Source: a bacterium (GTDB lineage: Bacteria > Cyanobacteriota > Vampirovibrionia > Gastranaerophilales > JBAXKC01). From it: a stretch of DNA of 61,021 nt. The notes beneath the pieces are model-generated. The model searched no databases. It was not told the origin of the DNA and saw only the letters and a list, made by a program, of their open reading frames with translations. Shown here in pieces: positions 1-10,422 of the stretch. Position numbers and translations under genes: made by a program. The DNA lies in contig JBAXKC010000015.1 of assembly GCA_037137535.1 (NCBI GenBank), positions 1 through 61,021 on the forward strand. The letters are read 5' to 3'. Position 1 is the first letter of the stretch; the number at the start of each line of letters is the position of its first letter.

Positions 1-64
1 TTCTTTTCTCTATACTACTACTGCGTTTTGTGGGGTATACATTTCTTAATGTTTCTCTTTTCAT
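1..64 (-). CDS. Possible 5' end of a CDS running off the window (MKRETLRNVYPTKRSSSIEKR...)
   Basis: ATG at 64-62 with an open frame to the window edge; divergent from the GT9 gene; no family recognisable. Confidence 0.3.
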   Translation of the reverse strand, partial: MKRETLRNVYPTKRSSSIEKR

Positions 65-229
65 TGATAATACACACTAAATAAATCCACATTATTTTCT
101 TATTCCCATTATTTTTTATATTTAAACGTATTATCTTTGAATAGAGAATAAAATAATTTTAATTATCCCAATATACTGATTTAAAAATTACAACTGGATT
201 ATTAAAGACAATCATATTAAAATCCCTAT

Positions 230-1213
230 ATGAATAAATCTTTAAAAATTTTAATTTTCAGGTTCGGTGCTATTGGTGATGTTGTTCTTTCTACGTCACT
301 ATTTAGAAGCATTAAAAATATTTATCCTGATAGTGAAATACACTTTTTGACGTTTAAAACTCCTGCTATTTTACTAAAAGAAGATCCACAAATAAAAAAA
401 CTCTGGATTGCCGAAGACAGATCTTATAAATACTTAATTAGTCTTGCTAAAGAATTAAAAAAAGAAAATTTTGATATTGTATTTAATTTACATCCTTCTA
501 TAAGAACAAAAATTTTTACATTATTCATTAAAGCTAAAAGAACTCTTCTATATAAAAAAACCTTTAAAAAACATGCTGTTCAAAATTTTGTAGATACGGC
601 AAAGCCTTTACTTAAAAAGATAAAGCCTGAATCAACCATAAAAATTTATTTATCAGAAACAGCTATAAATGAAGCCAATAAACACATTAATAAAGAAAAA
701 TTAAATGTTTGCCTTAATATTGGAGCAACTTTTAGCCGACAAGGAAGAAGATGGTCCATAGACAAATGGAAACAACTTTCATTAGAACTTATTAAAGAGT
801 ATGACTGCGATATAATACTTAGTGGTTCTGAAGAAGACATACCATTTGCTGATGAAGTTTGTTCCGTATCTGAAAGAATTAAATCGTTTTGCGGCAAACT
901 TCCTTTAGAGATTAGTGCAGCTGTTATTTCCTTATGCAATCTTATGGTCTCAGGTGACACAGGGCCTCTTCATATCGCAACTGCTACTGATACAAAATCT
1001 ATTGCACTCTTTGGCTCGATGTCCCCAAAGAGAACAGGACCTTATGGAACTAAACATTTTTCATTAACTTCAAAAATAAAATGTGCACCTTGCAACAAAA
1101 GAAAGTGTAAGTTCATAAAAAAAACAGAATTAAACACACCTTGCATGGAATCAATAACAGTAGAAGAAGTCTTAAATACAATTAAGGCAAATAATTTATT
1201 AATTAAGACCTGA
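230..1213 (+). CDS. Glycosyltransferase family 9 (LPS heptosyltransferase, WaaF/RfaF-like)
   Basis: N-terminal IFRFGAIGDVVL, GDTGPLHIA and CAPC motifs typical of GT9. Confidence 0.9.
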   Translation: MNKSLKILIFRFGAIGDVVLSTSLFRSIKNIYPDSEIHFLTFKTPAILLKEDPQIKKLWIAEDRSYKYLISLAKELKKENFDIVFNLHPSIRTKIFTLFIKAKRTLLYKKTFKKHAVQNFVDTAKPLLKKIKPESTIKIYLSETAINEANKHINKEKLNVCLNIGATFSRQGRRWSIDKWKQLSLELIKEYDCDIILSGSEEDIPFADEVCSVSERIKSFCGKLPLEISAAVISLCNLMVSGDTGPLHIATATDTKSIALFGSMSPKRTGPYGTKHFSLTSKIKCAPCNKRKCKFIKKTELNTPCMESITVEEVLNTIKANNLLIKT

Positions 1214-3641
1214 CAAAATCAGTATTCATTTTCTCTATACTGTCTTTTATAGCCGATATATTAGCGGATGAAAACTTTTTATAGAAGTCTTTTGCAACAT
1301 TTAATAAACTTGAAAGCTCTGCAAATTCTTGAGATGAAGTTATTTTTTGAGCATCGGTACTTCCTAAATAATCGAATTTAAAGCTATCATTTGCAAGAAA
1401 TTTAACTTTTATTATTTCGGCACTTTCTAATGTTTTTATTAATGCCAAAAAGATTCTTGATGAAATACCGAGCTTTGAACAAATTGACTCAGGACTTATT
1501 TCACCATTTTTATTAGCATAAACAAATTTAAGCATACCTGATACTTTTTTTAATAACTCTATTGGTTCTAAAAGAGGTGATGTTTTAGCCGCCATATGAA
1601 TTACGGTTGGGTCAGAATTTTTAATAACTCTTGAAAAAATAGCCATATCAGGAGGCATATCAAGCATTAAAAGATTATTAGCCTTTTTCATGTTACTTCT
1701 GTCAAAGGTAATATGCTTTAATTCTTTATCATTTTCACAAATTGCTCTTGTTTCGGGTGTTTCTGCAAAAACAACAAACTGCTCACCTGACGATTTAACA
1801 TATTCAGAGAAAAATCTTGCCGGCTCAATTTTCTTTCTATGGTCAATCCACTTTATTGCTTCTTCTTTTTTTACAGATATTTCTTCTTTTTTCTCAGCTG
1901 ACGATTCATTACCATCTGAAGCAATATCCTTAATTTCCAACTGAATATAATTTTTACCGCCAAAATTATTTAATTTAAGACAAAAAGCTATTTTTACACA
2001 ATCTCCGGGTTGAAATGGCAATGAAGAAGTTTGCCACCATATTGCATCGTATATTTTTTGATTTTCGTCCTGTAAGAAGATTTTAAGGTGATTATTTGCC
2101 TGACCAATAGTTTTATAATTAACCACTTTTAATGAAGACATTGTAAAAACAGGAGAACTGTTCCCCTCTCCAAAAGGCTCTAGTCGCTCTATTTCTTTTA
2201 TAGTTTTTTCACTTATATCATCAGGCAAAAGCTCTGTATCAACAGAAAGAGGCGGTAATAAAAACTCCTCCTTAAATTTAGAGTTAACAATTTCTGTTAT
2301 TTTTTTTCTAAATGATTCAAAACTGTGCTTTGTTAAGTCAAACATACATCCTGCCGCTAAAGCATGCCCGCCGTAACGTTCAAACATATCTGAAACATCT
2401 GTGAAAATCCTTTGAAGATGTACTCCTTTTATTCCTCGTGCAGAACAAGATGCTTCTGATTTATCCGAATTTATCGAAACAAGAAAACAAGGTCTGCCAT
2501 ATTTTTCAATTAACTTTGATGCAACAATACCGATAACACCGGGATGCCAGTTATTATCGCCTAAAACTATCGCTCTATCTTTATTTAAATCTATTTCTCT
2601 TTTTAACTTCATTTCAGCTTCAAGGAAAGTATTTTCACAAATTTGCTGACGATTTCTATTACAATAATTCAGTTTTTTAACAAGATTATCTATTTCTTCT
2701 TCATCTTCACTTGTTAAAAAATCTACGGCAAGATCAGCTTTTTCTAATCTTCCGGCAGCGTTTATTCTTGGAGCAACGCCAAAAGACATCATCTCTGCTG
2801 AAAAACCGTTATCTAACTTATACCCTGCGGAGTCTAACAATTTTTTCAGACATAAAGGAGGTTTTCTTGATATCAACTGCAAACCTTTTGTTAAAAATGC
2901 CCTATTTTCTCCCAATAAAGGAACAACATCGGCAATAGAGCCTAAAACAACAAGAAAAAGAACTTCTTCGAGATATTCTGATTTATTATGAGTCTCTAAA
3001 ACAGCCTGCGCAAGTTTATAAGCAACACCCACGCCTGCCAGATAAGCAAGATCATTGGGGGTTTCCAGTATTTTAGGATTTATAATTGCAAAAGCAGGAG
3101 GGATTTCATCAGGAGCATCATGGTGATCAGTTATAATTACATCCGCTTTAAAATTATTAACAAGTTTAACTTCTGAAGAATTACTTATTCCACAATCTAC
3201 AGTTATTATTACTTTTGCCTGTCTTGCACTTACAAGTTTTAAAACAGCTGCTGTATTTAAGCCATGCCCCTCTTCAGATCTATCGGGAATATAATAACTT
3301 ACATTTGCACCTAAAAATCTAAAGACTTTAAGAAGTAAAGAAGTGCTTGTAACACCGTCAGCATCAAAGTCACCGTAAATTAAGATATGTTCGCCTGCTT
3401 CAATAGCTTTATTTATTCTCTCAACAGCCTTTTCCATATCAGGAAAATAATTGGGAGAAGATAACAATATTTTTTCGGGAGATAAAAACTTTCCTACTTG
3501 TTCAACACTTTTTATTCCTCTGTTCATAAGCAATCTTGCGACTATTTTTGAGCCGCAAATACTCAAGAACTCTTCGCTTGGCTCTTCTGTATCTCTATAA
3601 ATCCATTTATATTTACTTTTTTCAGAGGACAATGTTGTCAT
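1203..3641 (-). CDS. recJ: Single-stranded-DNA-specific exonuclease RecJ with C-terminal extension
   Basis: YGDFDADG, ITVDCG, ITDHH (DHH), PRINAAGR and GGHALAAG motifs. Confidence 0.96.
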   Translation of the reverse strand: MTTLSSEKSKYKWIYRDTEEPSEEFLSICGSKIVARLLMNRGIKSVEQVGKFLSPEKILLSSPNYFPDMEKAVERINKAIEAGEHILIYGDFDADGVTSTSLLLKVFRFLGANVSYYIPDRSEEGHGLNTAAVLKLVSARQAKVIITVDCGISNSSEVKLVNNFKADVIITDHHDAPDEIPPAFAIINPKILETPNDLAYLAGVGVAYKLAQAVLETHNKSEYLEEVLFLVVLGSIADVVPLLGENRAFLTKGLQLISRKPPLCLKKLLDSAGYKLDNGFSAEMMSFGVAPRINAAGRLEKADLAVDFLTSEDEEEIDNLVKKLNYCNRNRQQICENTFLEAEMKLKREIDLNKDRAIVLGDNNWHPGVIGIVASKLIEKYGRPCFLVSINSDKSEASCSARGIKGVHLQRIFTDVSDMFERYGGHALAAGCMFDLTKHSFESFRKKITEIVNSKFKEEFLLPPLSVDTELLPDDISEKTIKEIERLEPFGEGNSSPVFTMSSLKVVNYKTIGQANNHLKIFLQDENQKIYDAIWWQTSSLPFQPGDCVKIAFCLKLNNFGGKNYIQLEIKDIASDGNESSAEKKEEISVKKEEAIKWIDHRKKIEPARFFSEYVKSSGEQFVVFAETPETRAICENDKELKHITFDRSNMKKANNLLMLDMPPDMAIFSRVIKNSDPTVIHMAAKTSPLLEPIELLKKVSGMLKFVYANKNGEISPESICSKLGISSRIFLALIKTLESAEIIKVKFLANDSFKFDYLGSTDAQKITSSQEFAELSSLLNVAKDFYKKFSSANISAIKDSIEKMNTDFVRS

Positions 3642-3712
3642 ATTCTTACCTTATTACATGTATTGAGATTATACAACAAAAGAATGCTGTAATTTTTGTT
3701 TATGTAGAGTTA

Positions 3713-4489
3713 TTAACACAAATAACCTGATGCATCGGCTCTACACCTGTTACAATGAGATAATTGCCTTATATAAGAAGAACTTTCTTTTCTTACCTTC
3801 TCAATAAGTTCCTCAGAAGGTGCTGAAATATCTTGAAACTTACTGCCTTCAACAGGATAAAACGGCATAATATTATGAGCATAAGCCCTAATTTCAGCAG
3901 CCATTTTTGCAACATCAGCAATCACATCAGTATTAATATTTGGAACAGCAACAGTATTAACCTTTACGCAAACACCCATTTTAACAAGTGCTTTTATTCC
4001 TGCAATCTGATTTTCAATTAACTGCCTCACATCACAATTTAAATATATTTTTTCAGCAACAACAGGATCAACAGTATTTACGGTTACCGTAATAAATTCT
4101 ATTTTAAGCTCTTTTATTAATTCAATATTATCAACAAGAGCATAACCATTCGTGCTTAAACAAAAATTAACATAAGGAAAACAATCCATTACTCCTTTTA
4201 ATGTTTTATAAACCGTCTCAGGTTCAGCTAAAGCCTCCCCAGGCCCTGCAATTCCAATTATGGTTAAAGCAGAATAAGTTTCTACTGCCTTTTGAACAAC
4301 AATAAGTGCTTCTTCAGGTGTTATTATCTTTGCTGTTACACCGGGGCGATTCTCATTTGGACAACTATACAACCTATTACAATAACCACAGCTTAAATTA
4401 CATCTTTTTATTATCGGAAGATGAACTCTAGCATTTTTTTTCTTTGCCTGCTCACTATAACAGGGATGATTTAATATTTTTTTATCCAT
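3713..4489 (-). CDS. Stand-alone NifB-like radical SAM protein (no NifX domain)
   Basis: HPC, CNLSCGYC (CxxxCxxC), ENRPG, IAGPGEAL, CLSTNG and C-terminal HCNRCRADA are NifB-family motifs. Confidence 0.85.
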   Translation of the reverse strand: MDKKILNHPCYSEQAKKKNARVHLPIIKRCNLSCGYCNRLYSCPNENRPGVTAKIITPEEALIVVQKAVETYSALTIIGIAGPGEALAEPETVYKTLKGVMDCFPYVNFCLSTNGYALVDNIELIKELKIEFITVTVNTVDPVVAEKIYLNCDVRQLIENQIAGIKALVKMGVCVKVNTVAVPNINTDVIADVAKMAAEIRAYAHNIMPFYPVEGSKFQDISAPSEELIEKVRKESSSYIRQLSHCNRCRADASGYLC

Positions 4490-4672
4490 ACAACTAAATT
4501 AGAATTATTATTAATTAGAAGTTTATTATTACATAAAACAAAAAAATATATAATAAAGAACATAAAATTAAAAAATAAAGCGACAGCTTACTCAACTTTA
4601 ATAAGTATATTCAATCATAATAACACTCTTACAACTATTTATTAATATTTCTTAATATTCTTATCAAAAAAA

Positions 4673-4706
4673 GCAATTAACGAAAGCATATATACTTTAT
4701 ATATAC
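4673..4706 (+). promoter_or_regulatory. Orphan-gene promoter motif GCAATT-N14-TACTTTATATATAC
   Basis: Both boxes are identical to the motif at 11458-11491; same spacing as other sites in the window. Confidence 0.75.
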
Positions 4707-4758
4707 AGAGTAGGTTTTATATTAAATGCATAAGTAAGTAAAAAGTGAGGTGAATACC

Positions 4759-6450
4759 ATGGCAGTTAGTTTTTCAGATGATTCATATAAAAGACTCCTG
4801 CTACAAAAACAACAAGGAGTTGGTTCTTCAACATCAGGTACAAATAAACCTTCTGAGGATCAGTCAAGAACAACACAACTTCAATCTAAATCGGTATTCA
4901 CAGTAGCTCAAAAGGAAAAAGCAAAACAAGCCGATCAAACTCAAGCAAATTCACAACAAGACACTCTAAAACAAATTGAAGAGTTTCTTAAAAATGGAAA
5001 TAAAAATGGAGTAAAAGGTCAACAACAACCTCAAAATGGTCTTGACCAAATATTAAACATGTTAACGGGTGGACAAAACGGTGCGAATAATATTGCATCA
5101 AGCAATGGATTATCAAATAATACACCTGCAAGCTCAGGAGCTGCAAGCCAATTTTCACCTGCCTCAACCCCAAGTGTTTCAGCAAGCAGCAAAAACCCTT
5201 CTGAATTAAAAAATGGACTTCAAAGTATTGCTAGTGCTTTAGGGCAAAATAATGGAATAATGAATCAAATCAATAATCTAATGAATGGTAAGTCACAAGA
5301 AATGACAGGACTTGACCAAGAAAATCAACAGTTAAGCCAAGATGGACAAACACAACAACAAACTATTCAACAAGCTGATCGAGTTGCTCAAAGACTTCAA
5401 CAAGAACAACAACAACTTCAAACAACTCAACAACAAAAAGGACAAGCGGAACAACAGAAAGCACAACTTGAATCAGGAATTAATCAAGCTAACGGCCAAA
5501 TAGGACAAGCTACAAACTTTATAGGTCAAGCCGTACAAACAATTACTCAAGGCGTACAAATGCTTGCTCAAGGTCAAGCCGCACTTGCAGCAGCTCAAGC
5601 TACAATCTTTGCCGCTCCGGCAGCTATAGCTGCAGCAATGAAAATAATTCAACAAGCTCAACAAATGCAACAACAAGGAAACCAAAATAAAGCTCACGGC
5701 GAACAACAAAAAGCTCAAGCTGAACAGCAGAAAGCACAACTTACACAACAAAAGCAACAAAAAGAACAACAAATACAACAACTTTCACAACAAGAACAGC
5801 AACAAACTCAACAAGTTGCACAAACAACTCAAGAAAATCAGCAAGCTCAAGTACAAAAACAACAAGCTGAGCAAAAATTACAACAAATTCAACAAAAACA
5901 ACAACAACTTGCTCCTAAACTTCAAAAATTACAACAAGAATTAACAACTCTTGAACAATCAAGAAATAATGTTTCAAATGCAATTAATAATCAATCCGGT
6001 TTACAACAACAACTTATAGACGCACTACAAAAATTAACGGGAGATGGAGGACAAGCCCAACAGACTCAAGAAGCACAACAAGACCCGAATCAACAAAATC
6101 AAAACGGTCAACAAAACGCTCAAAATCCGATGGGAGTCTTAGGTGCACTTATGAACTTGTTTGGACAAAATAAAGATCAAGCGTTAGCAGATCAAAACGA
6201 TCCCAATAATCCAAACAACAAAACTAACAACCAAACAGCAAATAACAATAATAAAGTTGATACAAAAACAGCAACAAAACCTGCAGACACATATAACTTA
6301 AAAGTATCTGCAAACATAAGAACTACAACAACTATAAGCCATGTATCACCTACAACTCCTTCAATATCAAATACAACACCGTCAACTTCACCGATATCAA
6401 CAGCTAGTACAACATCTCCTTCAATATTTACAAGAAAAAAACTAGTCTAA
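4759..6450 (+). CDS. Gln-rich coiled-coil protein with a single Ala-rich hydrophobic segment (translocator-like orphan)
   Basis: ORF 4750-6450; ATG at 4759 follows GAGGTG RBS; poly-Q heptads flank QAALAAAQATIFAAPAAIAAAM; S/T-rich tail. Confidence 0.8.
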   Translation: MAVSFSDDSYKRLLLQKQQGVGSSTSGTNKPSEDQSRTTQLQSKSVFTVAQKEKAKQADQTQANSQQDTLKQIEEFLKNGNKNGVKGQQQPQNGLDQILNMLTGGQNGANNIASSNGLSNNTPASSGAASQFSPASTPSVSASSKNPSELKNGLQSIASALGQNNGIMNQINNLMNGKSQEMTGLDQENQQLSQDGQTQQQTIQQADRVAQRLQQEQQQLQTTQQQKGQAEQQKAQLESGINQANGQIGQATNFIGQAVQTITQGVQMLAQGQAALAAAQATIFAAPAAIAAAMKIIQQAQQMQQQGNQNKAHGEQQKAQAEQQKAQLTQQKQQKEQQIQQLSQQEQQQTQQVAQTTQENQQAQVQKQQAEQKLQQIQQKQQQLAPKLQKLQQELTTLEQSRNNVSNAINNQSGLQQQLIDALQKLTGDGGQAQQTQEAQQDPNQQNQNGQQNAQNPMGVLGALMNLFGQNKDQALADQNDPNNPNNKTNNQTANNNNKVDTKTATKPADTYNLKVSANIRTTTTISHVSPTTPSISNTTPSTSPISTASTTSPSIFTRKKLV

Positions 6451-6454
6451 AATC

Positions 6455-6492
6455 AAAAGAGGCTACTCAAAAGTATTTGAGTAGCCTCTTTT
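6455..6492 (+). terminator. Rho-independent terminator
   Basis: AAAAGAGGCTACTCAAA-agta-TTTGAGTAGCCTCTTTT. Confidence 0.85.
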
Positions 6493-6657
6493 ATTCTTAA
6501 AAAAATTAATAAAAACTAGCTATTTACCATTCTTTAACTTCTAATTATAGATAACTTAAATATGATAATTTTAAAAGATTATTTTTACCTAGTTAAAAAA
6601 TTATATTTTTCAATAGAGAGGTTTTTTGTATTACTACCCTCTCGAAAGGAAAAAAAA

Positions 6658-6750
6658 ATGGCAAATAAAAAAATTTGTTTTGAGGTTAAGGAAAATGGGC
6701 AATGGTTCAGAATAATCAATTACAAAAAAAGACAAAAATGGAGTTATTAA
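6658..6750 (+). CDS. Possible 30-aa basic peptide MANKKICFEVKENGQWFRIINYKKRQKWSY
   Basis: AAGGA RBS upstream of ATG 6658 within the 62-aa ORF. Confidence 0.3.
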   Translation: MANKKICFEVKENGQWFRIINYKKRQKWSY

Positions 6751-6805
6751 GTTTAAAGATAAAGGATGCTATAAAATACCTTTTGATAAACCTTGATAAA
6801 TTAGC

Positions 6806-6837
6806 AAAGAGCTTGCCTCTATTGAGGTAAGCTCTTT
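6806..6837. terminator. Terminator downstream of aspA (probably bidirectional)
   Basis: AAAGAGCTTGCCTC-tatt-GAGGTAAGCTCTTT. Confidence 0.75.
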
Positions 6838-6846
6838 TAAATATTA

Positions 6847-8232
6847 TTATCTATAACCCAGAGCTAAAACCGTTTCTGCTGAAGTTAAAAACTCAAATTC
6901 TTCTTCAGTCAGGTAATCATTTTTTATAATAAACTCTTTAAGCGAAATATCCGATTTTTCGTACAATTTCGCTATCTCAGCAACTTTATTATAACCAAGT
7001 CTGCAAACAAGAGCGTTTAAACAAGCCGTACTTGAATTAACCATATTTTTTATATTATCTTCATTTGCGGTTATTCCTTCAATACATCGCTGCCTGAAAA
7101 CATCGCAGCCATTTATAAGAAGTTCAAGACTTTCTAAAAAAGTAAAAGCCAGAAGAGGTGTGTTCTGGTTTAGTTCAAGCTGTCCAAATGCTGCGCAGTT
7201 GTTTATTACCGCATCATTTCCTATGACTTTCATTCCTATTTGAGCAACAAGCTCAGGAATAACAGGATTTACCTTTCCAGGCATAATAGAAGACCCTGCT
7301 TGAACAGGGGGGAGTTTAATCTCACCAAGTCCTGCATAAGGACCGGAGCTTAATAACCTTAAATCATTTGATACTTTCACAAGATTGACGGCTAATGCTT
7401 TTAATATACCGCTTACCTCTGCAAATACATCAAGATTTTGCGTTGAATCAATAAGGTTTTCAGCCCTTGCTAAGCCCATGCCTGTTGAATTTCTTAATTT
7501 ATCTACGACTTTAAAAATATATTTTCTGGGAGCGCCAATTCCTGTACCGACTGCTGTTCCTCCCAGATTAACAACTCTTAAACGCTCTTCGCATTTGTAT
7601 ATTCTCCATCTATCCCTTGCTATCGCCTCAGAATAAGCTGAAAATTCAGAACCAAGAGTTATTAACACCGCATCAGTAAGCTGAGTTCTACCAACTTTTA
7701 CAATATCGGCAAATTCTTTTTCTTTTGACTGAAAAGCATCAAGCAAAGCTATAACTGATTGTTCAAGCTTTCTTAATAAACTAATTGCTGCAACTTTTAA
7801 AGCAGTGGGATAAGTGTCATTTGTTGACTGAAAAATATTTACTGTTTCCACAGGATCAATATATTCATAATCGCCAAACTTTTTACCCGCTAATTCTAAA
7901 GCTCTGTTTGCAATTACTTCATTTACGTTCATATTTAAAGAAGTACCTGCACCGCCTTGAATCGCATCAACAACTATATATTCATTAAGCAAACCTTCTG
8001 AAAGTTCAACACAAGCCATATTAAGAACAGAATATTTTTCTGAATCTATACTTCCAAGCTCATAAGCTGTTTCAAGACATGCCTGTTTGACTAAGCCATA
8101 AGCCTTTATAAACTCAGAAGGTATTTTATATCCTGACACACTAAAGTTTTGCTTTGCTCTATAAGTATGAATGCCCCAATATGCATTATCGGGTATTGAA
8201 ACAGAGCCTAAAAAATCTTTTTCTTCTCTCAT
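6847..8232 (-). CDS. aspA: Aspartate ammonia-lyase (fumarase/aspartase superfamily)
   Basis: GSSIMPGKVNPV signature, QGGAGTS, QSTND. Confidence 0.9.
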   Translation of the reverse strand: MREEKDFLGSVSIPDNAYWGIHTYRAKQNFSVSGYKIPSEFIKAYGLVKQACLETAYELGSIDSEKYSVLNMACVELSEGLLNEYIVVDAIQGGAGTSLNMNVNEVIANRALELAGKKFGDYEYIDPVETVNIFQSTNDTYPTALKVAAISLLRKLEQSVIALLDAFQSKEKEFADIVKVGRTQLTDAVLITLGSEFSAYSEAIARDRWRIYKCEERLRVVNLGGTAVGTGIGAPRKYIFKVVDKLRNSTGMGLARAENLIDSTQNLDVFAEVSGILKALAVNLVKVSNDLRLLSSGPYAGLGEIKLPPVQAGSSIMPGKVNPVIPELVAQIGMKVIGNDAVINNCAAFGQLELNQNTPLLAFTFLESLELLINGCDVFRQRCIEGITANEDNIKNMVNSSTACLNALVCRLGYNKVAEIAKLYEKSDISLKEFIIKNDYLTEEEFEFLTSAETVLALGYR

Positions 8233-8234
8233 AA

Positions 8235-9476
8235 TTACGCCTTTTCAGCAGAAATACATTCTAAATACGCTTCTCTGGCAAGTGGAAAAGGTTTTAACGC
8301 CCTATCAAAAATACCCAGCGAATAAGCAATAGCAAGACCGTAATTTGTTATAGGAACACCGGCTTCTTTTGCTTTCATAATTCTCGTTAAAATTTCTCTT
8401 CTGTTTGTCATACAAGCCCCACAATGAATTATAAGCTTATAATCAGAAATATTCTGAGGGAAATCATGCCCTGCGTAATGTTCAAAATTTATTTTTCCGC
8501 CAACATACTGTGTTATCCATCTCGGTATTTTAACTCTTCCTATATCATCACCAATAGCGTGATGGGTACAAGATTCACAGATTAAAACCTTATCGTTAGG
8601 TTTTAAATGTTCTATTTGAGCCGCCCCACGGGCAAATTCCGTCAAATCGCCTTTTAATCTTGCAAATAATATAGAGAAAGATGTTAACGGAATATTATCG
8701 GGAACATCCGCAGCCACTTTTAAAAAAGCCTGTGAATCTGTTATGACAAGAGCTGGAGGCTTGTTTAACATTGAAAGCGAGTCTCTCAATTCTCTTTCCT
8801 TAACAACCAGACTCATACTGTCATTATCAAGCAAATCTCTTATTGTCTGAACCTGCGGAAGAATTAATCTGCCTTTAGGTGCTTCCATGTCAATAGGAAC
8901 AACAAGAACAGCTATTTCTCCCGAAGAAACAAGGTCTGAAGCTATAGAAGGAGGATTTAAAAAATCATCGGGTGCTTTTTTAATAAGTTCCTGCTTTAAA
9001 TCTAAAACGCCTTCACCTGTTTTTGCTGAAATAATAACAGGTTCGAGATTTTTTTCTTTTAATTTTAATAAAATTTCGTTAGACGGCTGGGCTATATCAC
9101 ATTTATTTATAACAGCTATTACAGGAATTTCTCTTGATTTAAACTCATCATAAAGCCATTCTTCAAAATTATCCCAACCATTATAATCAGCGACAACTAT
9201 CGCAAGGTCAGTTCTGTCAAAAATCTTCTTTGTCTTTTCAACTCTCATTTGACCTAATAAGCCTTCATCATCAACACCTGCTGTATCAACAAATAAAACA
9301 GGACCAAGCGGTAAAAGCTCCATTGATTTTTCAACAGGGTCGGTAGTTGTTCCCGCAATATCAGAAACTATTGAAATATCCTGTTTGGTTAAAGCATTAA
9401 GTATATTTGATTTACCGGCATTTCTTTTTCCAAAAATACCTATATGTAATCTCATTCCTCGGGGAGTTTTTTGCAT
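8235..9476 (-). CDS. hydF: [FeFe]-hydrogenase maturation GTPase HydF
   Basis: GKRNAGKS, GTTTDPV, DTAG, NKCD; CTHH ... HCGAC Fe-S ligands; APKGRLILPQVQ. Confidence 0.95.
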   Translation of the reverse strand: MQKTPRGMRLHIGIFGKRNAGKSNILNALTKQDISIVSDIAGTTTDPVEKSMELLPLGPVLFVDTAGVDDEGLLGQMRVEKTKKIFDRTDLAIVVADYNGWDNFEEWLYDEFKSREIPVIAVINKCDIAQPSNEILLKLKEKNLEPVIISAKTGEGVLDLKQELIKKAPDDFLNPPSIASDLVSSGEIAVLVVPIDMEAPKGRLILPQVQTIRDLLDNDSMSLVVKERELRDSLSMLNKPPALVITDSQAFLKVAADVPDNIPLTSFSILFARLKGDLTEFARGAAQIEHLKPNDKVLICESCTHHAIGDDIGRVKIPRWITQYVGGKINFEHYAGHDFPQNISDYKLIIHCGACMTNRREILTRIMKAKEAGVPITNYGLAIAYSLGIFDRALKPFPLAREAYLECISAEKA

Positions 9477-9603
9477 AACTACTCCTTTTTATCAAATTTT
9501 TGCTAAAATTTTCTTATATTAATTAACATTATTCTAATTTAAAAACATTCTAAACTAAATCCTCTATTAAAATTTTACTACTTTAAAATAAAGAAGGAAT
9601 TTT

Positions 9604-10422
9604 ATGTTTAACTTTTTAAAAAGTATCGGACTCATTTTATTAATTTTAACTTGCTCCAGTTTTTATAATCCCGAAGAAAAAGTAAGTATTTCTGTTTATC
9701 AAGAAGGAATCTATCTTGTATCATTAAATACTTTATTATGTAAAAACTGCATAAAACCCTATGTTTCAAATGGACTGGAAACAGTAAAAACAATAGCCGA
9801 AAAAACAGCCACTCCAATAGCATTAAATGCAGGATTTTTTGATCCGCACAATAAAGAAACTATTTCCTATATTAATAAAAACGGCAAAACACTTGCCAGC
9901 CCTGAAACAAACCAAAATTTAATGCAAAACCCCAATATTCAAAAGTATTTACCACTAATATTAAACCGCAGTGAATTCAGAAGCATGCAATGCCCTAGCG
10001 GTGAAAAATATGACATAACAGCACATAACAAACCTCTTGAGGAAAACTGCACTCTAAACTATTCAATGCAAGCAGGTCCTCAATTATTACCCAATATACA
10101 ACTTGAAAATGAAGCCTTTACAGCATATGAAAATGGAACACTAATAAAAGAATCAGCGAGTGCTTTGCATAAAACAGCAAGAACAGCAGTAGGCATAAAA
10201 GATAACCTTGTAACTTTTGTGATAGTAACAAACCAAAACCCGATGACACTTGAAGAACTGGCAAATTTATTCCAACAGCTGGATTTTCAAAAAGCAATGG
10301 CCTTTGACGGAGGCAGCTCAACCTCGTTATATCTTAAATATGATAAATATGACCTAAATGTTGTTTCCGCTAAAGAAAACACTGCAAGAAAGATAAAATC
10401 AGCAATATTAATAAATCCATAA
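9604..10422 (+). CDS. Exported phosphodiester glycosidase family protein (NAGPA/DUF2233)
   Basis: Signal peptide; LNAGFF, ARTAVG, AMAFDGGSST motifs. Confidence 0.85.
   Translation: MFNFLKSIGLILLILTCSSFYNPEEKVSISVYQEGIYLVSLNTLLCKNCIKPYVSNGLETVKTIAEKTATPIALNAGFFDPHNKETISYINKNGKTLASPETNQNLMQNPNIQKYLPLILNRSEFRSMQCPSGEKYDITAHNKPLEENCTLNYSMQAGPQLLPNIQLENEAFTAYENGTLIKESASALHKTARTAVGIKDNLVTFVIVTNQNPMTLEELANLFQQLDFQKAMAFDGGSSTSLYLKYDKYDLNVVSAKENTARKIKSAILINP

Noticed and set aside
3713-4489. Evidence for nitrogen fixation
   Set aside because: Only a NifB-like gene is present; there is no nifH, D, K, E or N in the window.
5340-6140. CAA-rich tract as a non-coding tandem repeat
   Set aside because: It is fully explained by the Gln-rich coding sequence.
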